The position numbers and the translations under genes are program-made. Shown here in pieces: positions 56,359 through 64,000 of a DNA stretch of 64,000 nucleotides. The DNA is from a virus: positions 32,001 to 96,000 of IMG/VR virus record IMGVR_UViG_3300047089_000307; one strand, given 5' to 3'. The notes below the pieces were generated by a model. That model was not told the DNA's origin. It saw nothing but the letters and a program-made list of their open reading frames with translations, and did no database searches. How positions within the stretch are numbered: position 1 is the stretch's first letter; every line of letters begins with the position of its first letter.

Positions 56359-56786
56359 CCGGGACCTGCGCGAAGATCCGCTACCGCACGCTGCTGGACG
56401 CCCGGATAGCCCTGGCCCTCATGCCGGACGTGCGCGGGAACGGTACCGGGAAGCCCGGCTTGCAGCAGCGCGCTTACCGCTGCCCCGCATGCCGCGGGTA
56501 CCACCTGACCTCGCTGCCGAAGCGCGGGAAGCGCCGGTAACTTCCCGCTCCCATGCTCTCTCCCTGGTTACTGACCGTGAATGGCCTTGCGTGGCGCTGT
56601 CCGGCCCGCTGTGGCCATGAAGTCCTTGAGGTATGTAACCGTATCACCCGGTCTGAGTTCGGCCGCTCCGCGCTGCCCCGCGGATTTTCGCAGGTCAGGC
56701 ATGCCCCGGAAAACTGGCGTGCTGGCCAGCTGAATTCCCCGGCACGCGGCGGGCAGCCTCACTGCTGAGCGCCTCATCATGGGAGC

Positions 56787-57107
56787 ATGAACGACGAGAC
56801 GCTCCGGCGGCTGCTCCACGAGATGGAGTACCGCCTTACCGGGAAAATAGGAGAGATCATGGCATCGCAGGATGACATCAACGCAGCGGTAGCGCAGATC
56901 CAGGCCACCATGGCCGACGTCAGCGCTCAGGTGACCCAGCTCGGCGCGGACGCGCAGGCGATCAAGGACGCCATCGCCGCTCTGCCCGCCGGCGTCGACA
57001 CCACGGCGCTGAACGATGCCGTGACGCGGCTCGCGGGCACGCAGGCCGCCCTCGACACGGCAGTCAGCACCGTGACCGCGGCCGTGCCGCCCGCGCCTGC
57101 GGCCTGA
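56787..57107 (+). CDS. coiled-coil hypothetical protein
   Basis: Ala-rich heptads; CATCAT-6 nt-ATG. Confidence 0.55.
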   Translation: MNDETLRRLLHEMEYRLTGKIGEIMASQDDINAAVAQIQATMADVSAQVTQLGADAQAIKDAIAALPAGVDTTALNDAVTRLAGTQAALDTAVSTVTAAVPPAPAA

Positions 57108-57187
57108 TCCGGCCATTCCGGGCCTTCGCGTGCACGTGCACGAGCTATCATGACAGCTCGGGGAACGTCAGCGAAGGAAGTATCTTC

Positions 57188-57409
57188 ATGGATACATGGC
57201 GCAAGAGCACGTACAGCGCGACAGGCAACTGCGTAGAAGCAGGCACCTGGCGCAAGGCCAGCTACAGCGTGCACAACGGCGGCTGCGTCGGCGCCGGGAC
57301 CGGGCCCGGCGTAGTCGGCGTCCGCGACACCCAGCTCGGCCAGGACAGCCCGGTCCTGGAGGTCAGCCCGGCCGCGTGGGCACGGTTCACCGGCAGCCTG
57401 AAGGGCTAG
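57188..57409 (+). CDS. DUF397 protein (two tandem motifs)
   Basis: WRKSTYS..NCVE, WRKASYS..CV, VRDT..W.RF. Confidence 0.88.
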   Translation: MDTWRKSTYSATGNCVEAGTWRKASYSVHNGGCVGAGTGPGVVGVRDTQLGQDSPVLEVSPAAWARFTGSLKG

Positions 57410-57473
57410 GCCCGCCCGGGACAAGGGGACAGCCCCGGCCATGAGACCGGGGCTGCCTGGTCGTAGCTCTTCA

Positions 57474-57611
57474 TCAGTGCGGGGTCTTCTCGTCGCGGCG
57501 CTGCGTGCGCGCCGGGTTGTTACGGGTCCTGCGGTGCTGGGCGGCGTACTTCGCGCACTTGTCCTTGTTCCGCCCGATCTTGCGGCCCTTGCTGGTCTTG
57601 CTTGCTGCCAT
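57474..57611 (-). CDS. small basic protein
   Basis: MAASKTSKGRKIGRNKDKCAKY..; SD upstream. Confidence 0.55.
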   Translation of the reverse strand: MAASKTSKGRKIGRNKDKCAKYAAQHRRTRNNPARTQRRDEKTPH

Positions 57612-58165
57612 GGGGTGATCTCACCCCCTCTCATGCTCGCCTTACGGCCTGGGCATGAGATGCTGCTCGCTCCTCACGGGCGGGCTCCTTTCCGTTAGCG
57701 CCGGGGCAGCAGGACGCGCTGCGCCACGGCGTCAGGGTAGCTGCGCCGGATGCGCGGCTTACCGCGCTCGGCCTGGCTCCACGTTACCGAGACATTCCCG
57801 TCGCGCACGAGGCTGACGGTCCCGGTGGTCTCCTTGCTGAACAGCAGGCTCACCTGCTGCCCCGCCTTGAGCGTCATGATGTTCCTTCCCGGTCTTCGCG
57901 GGCGTCGGCGTGCCCGTGGTCGTAACCCCGGTAATAGGCATCTTCCAGGCTCGTGCGCAGCAGCAGCTTCTTCCACGGTGACCACGGCCGCAGTCCTTTC
58001 GCCACGTGGTCCAGCCATTCCCGGACAGCACTGCCCCGGTCTGCGTGGCCGCCTTCGTCCTTCACCGCGGTCTCCTACTTCGTGTTGCTGCCCGGCCGGT
58101 GCATGCGCATCTGGCCGCCGCCCTCCTGCTTACCGGGATTGGCCCTGGTGTCCGGGCCGTGCTCG

Positions 58166-58738
58166 TCAAACTTCGCCTGGCGCCGCTGGAGCCTCTTCAG
58201 CTGCTTGCGGCGCTTGATCCCGCCCAGTTTCGCTACCTCCTCCCGCGCTTTCCGCTACGGGGCCGTAGATGGCCCCGAGCCACCGGCTGACGGCGACCTG
58301 GTGACCCTCGCCCAGGGCATGGCGCCGGGCATCCTGGCACAGCGTGAGCCAGTCGCTCGACCAGCCCATGAGGTCCGGTGACGGCAGCTCACCGCACTCC
58401 CGGCAGGCCACCCGGACGCCAGTGGCTGTATGCCGCAGCGTGGCGCCATCCTGGTATGGCTCACCCCGCTCGCGAATCTCCGTGGCGAGGTCCCCGAACG
58501 GGGAGTCGTCCCGGTCATCACCGTTCGGTTGCGTTGGGTTTGCGGCGGCAGCCATGGCGCCGAGCGCGCCGAGGATGAGGCGGGCGGCCTGCTGGTCGCT
58601 GACGCGCGTCCAGCCGTGGCCGCGCAGGCGGTGCTCATGGTCGTAGCGCTGGGCGGCGTTGATGAGCCTGCCTAGTTCCTCCTCGGTCACCCGCCCTGCC
58701 TTACCTCGGTCATCTTGGCTTCGATTGCTGTCATGCAC
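58166..58738 (-). CDS. hypothetical protein(s)
   Basis: ORF with CREC motif; boundaries uncertain. Confidence 0.4.
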   Translation of the reverse strand: MHDSNRSQDDRGKAGRVTEEELGRLINAAQRYDHEHRLRGHGWTRVSDQQAARLILGALGAMAAAANPTQPNGDDRDDSPFGDLATEIRERGEPYQDGATLRHTATGVRVACRECGELPSPDLMGWSSDWLTLCQDARRHALGEGHQVAVSRWLGAIYGPVAESAGGGSETGRDQAPQAAEEAPAAPGEV

Positions 58739-59070
58739 TCCTCGCCGAGCGTGTCCTCGGTGCTGCTGGCAACGGCCCAGATCCAGCGCTCCAGGACGTT
58801 ACTGAACGTCTCGGGCGCTTTGAACCAGACGTTCTTCCCGTAGACCGCCTCCATGTACCGGCGTGCCTGCTCACGAGCCTTATCCACCTGGCTGCTCCTC
58901 TTGCTCACTGTCTTCCGCGTGCTCAGCATTCCCTCCTCTGGGTCTGTTGCAGTATATCACTTGTTTTCCTTCCCCCGTCCTGACGGCAGGAGTAGCGTAC
59001 GTACTCCGGGCACGCCGGGAGGCGCCCCGTCCCTGACAATGACACTGGCACTGGCAAGGACAAGGCACCC

Positions 59071-60150
59071 ATGACGTACCCGCAGCAGCCGTACTACCCT
59101 CCCCAGGCCCCGGCCCCGCAGCAGCCGTACTACCCTCCCCAGGCCCCGGCCCCGCAGCAGCCGTACTACCCTCCCCAGGGCCCGCCCTCGTACGCGCCCC
59201 CGCAGCAGCAGCAGCCGTACTACCAGCACCCTGCTGAGCCCCTTCCTCCTCCCGCTCCTGTGCCCACCGGAACGATCGATGAGTTCTACAACCAGCCCGT
59301 GGGGTCGGGCAAGTCGCTGACCTTTGACAAGAAGCCGGTCGGCTTCACGTACGCCGGCGTCGTCTCGCGCACCATCACCGGGGCTGACATCCAGGCGCAG
59401 ACCGACATGCGCGACCGGCGCATCATCCTCAAGCACCCGGACGGGCGCGTCAAGTACGTGATGGTCGTCCCGCTCCAGATGCAGCCCTCCGCAGAATTCC
59501 CTGACGGCCGCGCCGCCTGGTACGTCAAGGGCGCGGACCGCAGCGAGCTGGAGGCCGCGATGGAGCGGGCCGGCTGCAAGCCCGGCACTCCCCCGGAGAT
59601 GGGCGCGGTCGTCACCATCCGGTACATGGGCGAGCGCCCCATTCCCGGGCTGAACGCGCAGAAGATGAAGCAGGTCACCTACCAGCGGCCGAGCGGGAAC
59701 GGCCAGGCTCCCCCCGCCGCTGAGGTGCCGGCTCCTGCCCAGGCAAACGGGGCTGATCCTTACGCCCAGCCGCAGTTCACCGTCACCGGGCCGAACGGGG
59801 AGCAAACGTACGTTCCTCCCCAGTATGTGCAGCAGCAGCCGCAACAGTACGCGCAGGCTGCACCTCCCCAGCAGTACGCGCAGCCGGCATCGCCGCAGCA
59901 GTACGCGCAGCCGGCACCGCCGCAGCAGTACGCGCAGCCGGCACCGCCGCAGCAGTACGCACAGCCGGCCACCCCGGCGCAGGCACCCCAGCAGTACGCA
60001 CAGCCGGCCACCCCGGCGCAGGCACCCCAGCAGTACGCACAGCCGGCCACCCCGGCGCAGGCACCCCAGCAGGCTCCCGCCATGGGCCAGGTTCCCGACC
60101 TGGACTCCGACCAGCTGGCCCTGCTGGCCCGGCTGACCCAGCAGGGCTGA
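59071..60150 (+). CDS. ssDNA-binding-like protein with P/Q/Y tandem repeats
   Basis: Central OB-fold-like core (KSLTF..YAGVV..WYVKG..VTIRYMGE); N-terminal PQQPYYPPQAPA and C-terminal PQQYAQPA repeats. Confidence 0.55.
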   Translation: MTYPQQPYYPPQAPAPQQPYYPPQAPAPQQPYYPPQGPPSYAPPQQQQPYYQHPAEPLPPPAPVPTGTIDEFYNQPVGSGKSLTFDKKPVGFTYAGVVSRTITGADIQAQTDMRDRRIILKHPDGRVKYVMVVPLQMQPSAEFPDGRAAWYVKGADRSELEAAMERAGCKPGTPPEMGAVVTIRYMGERPIPGLNAQKMKQVTYQRPSGNGQAPPAAEVPAPAQANGADPYAQPQFTVTGPNGEQTYVPPQYVQQQPQQYAQAAPPQQYAQPASPQQYAQPAPPQQYAQPAPPQQYAQPATPAQAPQQYAQPATPAQAPQQYAQPATPAQAPQQAPAMGQVPDLDSDQLALLARLTQQG

Positions 60151-60272
60151 GCCGTGTGTGATTTCTGCGCAGTCGGCAGCCATAGCCGCTGCACGAATTC
60201 CTACACCGATGGGGACGGCGTAGCGCGCTGCTGCTGCGGAAACGAGAAGTAGGGCGCTCCGCGTCAACTACC

Positions 60273-60311
60273 GCCCCCGGTTCCTGCTGCGATCAGGAAC
60301 CGGGGGCTTTC
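60273..60311 (+). terminator. intrinsic terminator
   Basis: GCCCCCGGTTCCTG..CAGGAACCGGGGGC-TTT. Confidence 0.75.
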
Positions 60312-60365
60312 CCGTTTGCCGGGCCTGAGACCCTGAGATACTCAGGGCAGCGAAGGGAGGCCGTC

Positions 60366-60545
60366 ATGGGCCTGGAGCAGCGCGTGCGCGCGTACCGCAG
60401 GAGCGCGCGGGACAGCTTTTACCGCTGGCAGGCGGAATACGGGAACGCGCCCGGCGTCACCAGCTGGCGGATGCTGATCGCCAGGAAGTTCGGCATCTCC
60501 ATCGCGCAGGTGCACCGGATACTGGGCGAGGAGGAGAAGCGGTGA
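60366..60545 (+). CDS. small HTH protein
   Basis: IARKFGISIAQVHRIL; GGAGG SD. Confidence 0.55.
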   Translation: MGLEQRVRAYRRSARDSFYRWQAEYGNAPGVTSWRMLIARKFGISIAQVHRILGEEEKR

Positions 60546-60747
60546 CCAGCGGCATCCGGGCCGGGGACTTCGCGGTGACGGGGCAGCAGCCCGCGCCAGT
60601 CCCGGGCTACGACCCGGTAGAGATCCGGTGCACGCACTGCGGGACGTCCGCCATGCCCGCCGCGCGCGGGATCGCCGGGGACTGCCTCCTGCTCAGCGAC
60701 CTGCTGGACTGGGCAGGCGCGCACCAGTGCCCTCCGCCGAGCGTGAC

Positions 60748-62493
60748 GTGACCGCCGGCGTCTTCGGCGAGATCTCCGGCGACGGCGCCCACGTCGTCGT
60801 GATCGCCAGCGGGGACGACCACGAGGTGAAGCAGGCCGCCACGGCGATGCGCAAGATGACGCCGCTGTTCGAGGGCAGCAAGCCGCCGGGGGCGCTGATC
60901 GGGCCGCTGACCTGGGCCACGGTCTGCCAGCTGGGGCATACCTTCTCCGGCAACACCCTCGGCCGGTGGGTACCGGGCCCGCGGCTGACGGAGTGGATCA
61001 CCGCGGAGCTGCTGCGGCGGGCCGGCGCGGGCCAGGAGGAGCGGGAGCCGCTGAAGCTGCCGGAGGGCCTGGAGCCGAGGCCGTACCAGGACGAGGCCGC
61101 GCGGATGATCGGGACGGGAGGAAAATTCCTCTTGTTTGACGACCCCGGCACCGGCAAGACGGTCTCCGCCCTGCTCGGGCTGCTGGAGCGCCAGGCGCGC
61201 GGGCACGAGATCTTCCCGATGGTGGTGGTCGTGCCGTCCTGGGACGTCGGCGACGTGTGGGCGCGGCACGCCCAGGCGTGGGCGCCGGCCTGGCCGCAGC
61301 CGGTCATGTACGGCGGGAAGGACCGGCGGCTGGGCTGGGGCGGGCTGGCGATCACTACCTACGCCACCGCCCGGCTGGACGCCGCCGACGTCAAGGGGCC
61401 GCTGGCCCGGCTGAAGGCGAAGTCGGTCATCGCGGACGAGGTGCACTACGCCAAGAACCAGTCCAGTCTCCAGTCCCAGGCGCTGCGGCGCATCTCCCAG
61501 CACGCGGGGACCTTCCTCGGGCTGTCCGGGACGCCGATCACCCGGGACACCGGGGACATCCACCCCACGCTGTCGGCAATGGACCCGCTGAGCTGGCCGG
61601 ACCGCAAGCGCATGGTCAAGCGGTACTGCATGACGACGGACGGCGAGTACGAGGACAAGATCGAGGGCCTGAACCCCATGATGGAGCCGGAGTTCCGCGC
61701 CGTGCTGATGGGCCAGTACCGCCGGGTCGCCAAGGCGGACGTGCTGGACCAGCTGCCGCCGAAGGTCTACAGCGTGCGCCGGGTGGAAATGCCGCCGGAG
61801 TGGCGCAAGGCGTACGACGGCATGGCCGCGCAGATGCTCGCCGACCTGCCGGACGGCGAGGAGCTGGAGGTGATGAGCGTCCTGGCCCAGCTCACCCGGC
61901 TGAGCCAGCTGGCCAGCTCCGCCTGCGACGTCAAGGTCACCGTGGACTACGACCCGGAGACAGGCGAGGAGAAGAAGCACTACGAGGTCACGCTGAAGGC
62001 GCCGTCCTGGAAGGTGGACGCGCTGCTAGAGGTGCTGTCCGAGCGCAAGGGCCGGCAGGTCGTGGTGTTCAGCGTCTCCCGCCAGCTGGCCGACATCGCG
62101 GGCGCGGCCTGCCAGGAGGCCGGGTACCGGTGCGGCTACATCACCGGCAGCCAGTCCAAGAGCGCTCGCAAGGATGACATTGACGCCTTCCAGGCCGGGA
62201 AGCTGGACGTCATGATCGCCACCGCCGGCGCAGGGAGCCTGGGCATCACGCTGACCGCGGCGGGCACGGCGGTATTCCTCCAGCGCTCCTGGCAGCTGGA
62301 CCAGGCCATCCAGGCCGAGGACCGGCTGCACCGCATCGGGCAGGAGAACGACTGCGTGGAGATCATCGACATCATCGCGCTCGCCACGGTGGACGACCGG
62401 GTGCGCGAGCTGCTGCGGATCAAGGGCGGCCAGCTCAGCCAGCTCATCCGGGACCCCCGCATCGCGAGGGAACTGCTCGGCGGCTTGCGGTGA
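60748..62493 (+). CDS. SNF2-family DNA helicase
   Basis: RPYQ, DDPGTGKT, IADEVH, LSGTP, GITLTAA, QAEDRLHRIGQ. Confidence 0.93.
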   Translation: MTAGVFGEISGDGAHVVVIASGDDHEVKQAATAMRKMTPLFEGSKPPGALIGPLTWATVCQLGHTFSGNTLGRWVPGPRLTEWITAELLRRAGAGQEEREPLKLPEGLEPRPYQDEAARMIGTGGKFLLFDDPGTGKTVSALLGLLERQARGHEIFPMVVVVPSWDVGDVWARHAQAWAPAWPQPVMYGGKDRRLGWGGLAITTYATARLDAADVKGPLARLKAKSVIADEVHYAKNQSSLQSQALRRISQHAGTFLGLSGTPITRDTGDIHPTLSAMDPLSWPDRKRMVKRYCMTTDGEYEDKIEGLNPMMEPEFRAVLMGQYRRVAKADVLDQLPPKVYSVRRVEMPPEWRKAYDGMAAQMLADLPDGEELEVMSVLAQLTRLSQLASSACDVKVTVDYDPETGEEKKHYEVTLKAPSWKVDALLEVLSERKGRQVVVFSVSRQLADIAGAACQEAGYRCGYITGSQSKSARKDDIDAFQAGKLDVMIATAGAGSLGITLTAAGTAVFLQRSWQLDQAIQAEDRLHRIGQENDCVEIIDIIALATVDDRVRELLRIKGGQLSQLIRDPRIARELLGGLR

Positions 62494-62828
62494 GCCAGGA
62501 GGACAGGGAGCGGCTGATGTCCCGCAGCTTCTTCCGCGCGGACCACTTCGGGCGCTGCTGGCGGGAGACTGACTGGTCGCGCCCCCATGACTACGCCGCG
62601 CAGCTCACGTCCCGGGGATTCAAGGTCTACCTGTACCGCCTCGCGCCGGACGATCCGGGGTACGCGGCCTGGAAGGCATCACGGCTGAGCACCGCGAGAA
62701 TCTCGTGGCACGACGATGACCGGGACATGAGGGCCTGGACGGAGGGGCACGGCCGCAGTGATGATGACGCCATCGCCATGGCCTGCGGGCGCCTGACCCT
62801 GCACCGCGAGCGAAAGGCAGCCTCATGA
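62490..62828 (+). CDS. hypothetical protein
   Basis: GTGA-coupled. Confidence 0.5.
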   Translation: MSQEDRERLMSRSFFRADHFGRCWRETDWSRPHDYAAQLTSRGFKVYLYRLAPDDPGYAAWKASRLSTARISWHDDDRDMRAWTEGHGRSDDDAIAMACGRLTLHRERKAAS

Positions 62829-63601
62829 CCGCCCGGCGCTGGCCCGGCTGGCGAACGACCTGCACGGCGCCGGCCACGAGGTCTACGTGGTAACCCCCAC
62901 CACGTCGCCAGCACCGGGCGCAGCTGCTTCCAGGTCTCGTCACTGGTGAACAGCCCCAGGAACTCGCACACGTCCCGGACCTCCTGCGGCACGCACGGCA
63001 CGACGCGGGCCGCCGCTGCCTGGTAACCGGGGTACTGGGGGAGAAGATCCCTGGTGAACAGCTCCATCGCGTCAATGGCGTCCTGCCGCTTGTCCTTGTC
63101 ACCGGGACGGCTTTCCAGGGACCGGGTGACCTGCCGCCACGTCAGCGCCTCGCGGGGCAGCCGCTCGCCAGTCTCGGCATCCATGAGCTGGCCGTCGAAC
63201 GGGAAGATCCCGGTGCGCAGCAGCTCGTGCCGGGATTCCCCCATGTCGTCACGCAGCTGGTCGGCGCTGTAGTCGATGCTGTCGTCAGTCCTGGACCAGT
63301 CCGGGTGGCAGAGCGGGCGCACCACGATGACGCTGGCCCGGCCGTGGTCAGAGGTCTCGTAGTCGTAGGAAGCGCACTCGGCAACGTCGTGCTCCAGCCA
63401 GTTCGCCTCGTGCCGGATGGTCAGCCAGTCCATGGACGGGAACGGCTTGCCCTCACCGGGCCCGTACCGCTCGTCCAGCCACCGCAGGTACGCGTGGCCG
63501 CTGTGGCAGCGGCCCTCGGCGAACTTCCAGTTAACCCGCTCGTCTTCTGGCGTGACCCCGGTCAGGGCGTACCCAAGGTGCTTCTGGATGCGGATTCCCA
63601 T
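62627..63601 (-). CDS. hypothetical protein (natural end probably near 62896)
   Basis: Protein-like until LATWWG, then low-quality read-through. Confidence 0.55.
   Translation of the reverse strand: MGIRIQKHLGYALTGVTPEDERVNWKFAEGRCHSGHAYLRWLDERYGPGEGKPFPSMDWLTIRHEANWLEHDVAECASYDYETSDHGRASVIVVRPLCHPDWSRTDDSIDYSADQLRDDMGESRHELLRTGIFPFDGQLMDAETGERLPREALTWRQVTRSLESRPGDKDKRQDAIDAMELFTRDLLPQYPGYQAAAARVVPCVPQEVRDVCEFLGLFTSDETWKQLRPVLATWWGLPRRPRGRRRAGRSPAGPAPGGHEAAFRSRCRVRRPQAMAMASSSLRPCPSVQALMSRSSSCHEILAVLSRDAFQAAYPGSSGARRYR
62830..62895 (+). repeat. 66-bp imperfect direct repeat of 63711-63776
   Basis: 62/66 identity by eye. Confidence 0.85.
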
Positions 63602-63671
63602 CAGTGGCCCTTCCGGGAGGCAACGGCAAGAACAGCTACCTTTATCATACTGTAAAAGACGAGGAGTTCCT

Positions 63672-64000
63672 GTGACTGCATACGGCTTTGACCTGGACGG
63701 GACGCTCGATCGCCCGGCGCTGGCCCGGCTGGCGAATGACCTGCACGACGTCGGCCATGAGGTCTACGTGGTAACCGGCGGCCTGGGCGATACAGGCGAG
63801 TGGACGCTGCCGGCCCGTGAGCGCACGCTGGCCGCGCTCGGCGTGCGCTACACGGCGATCATGCGCTGCATTGACCCGGACATCCGGCAGCTGGGCCTCC
63901 TGAAAGGCGAGCAGTGCGCCCGGCTGGGCATCGCCGTCATGGTCGATGACGACCGGCTCTACCTGGACGGCGTCGCCGCCGCGGCCAGTGACGTCGTGCG
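63672..64000 (+). CDS. HAD-superfamily protein (partial, runs off the window)
   Basis: YGFDLDGTL, VVTG, K, MVDDD. Confidence 0.75.
   Translation, partial: MTAYGFDLDGTLDRPALARLANDLHDVGHEVYVVTGGLGDTGEWTLPARERTLAALGVRYTAIMRCIDPDIRQLGLLKGEQCARLGIAVMVDDDRLYLDGVAAAASDVV

Noticed and set aside
59080-60070. Tandem DNA repeats as a second CRISPR array or a DGR
   Set aside because: In-frame coding repeats without unique spacers; no reverse transcriptase in the window.
1-64000. Integrase, terminase, portal, major capsid, att sites
   Set aside because: None recognised here; they probably lie outside the window, so lifestyle cannot be assigned.

Overview
High-GC (~70%) actinobacteriophage or prophage segment of siphovirus type. 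From left to right: a cluster of glycosyltransferases with a dCMP deaminase (1-5.5 kb); a compact TnpB/Cas12-like RuvC nuclease (5457-7241) whose reading frame runs into a CRISPR array of 12 identical 36-bp repeats (7216-8039), with no cas1/cas2 in the window; a + strand virion block (structural proteins, a large glycoside-hydrolase-domain protein, head-tail connector, tail terminator) interrupted by free-standing HNH/EndoVII endonucleases; a convergent - strand tail block (major tail protein, frameshifting chaperone, tape measure with SLT domain, Gly-rich minor tail proteins); and accessory/early regions (SPFH-like lipoprotein, D-armless tRNA-like element, DUF932, metallophosphoesterase, secreted cell-wall enzymes, XRE regulators, macrodomain, MazG-like, DUF397, Cas4-like exonuclease, SSB-like protein, SNF2 helicase). 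The best candidate for a new system is the phage-encoded TnpB-to-Cas12 intermediate. It has an intact D-E-D triad, an expanded REC region, an extra Cys/His insert and a structured RNA-like 3' tail with a short anti-repeat that leads directly into the array. All product calls come from motif recognition by eye; no database searches were run.
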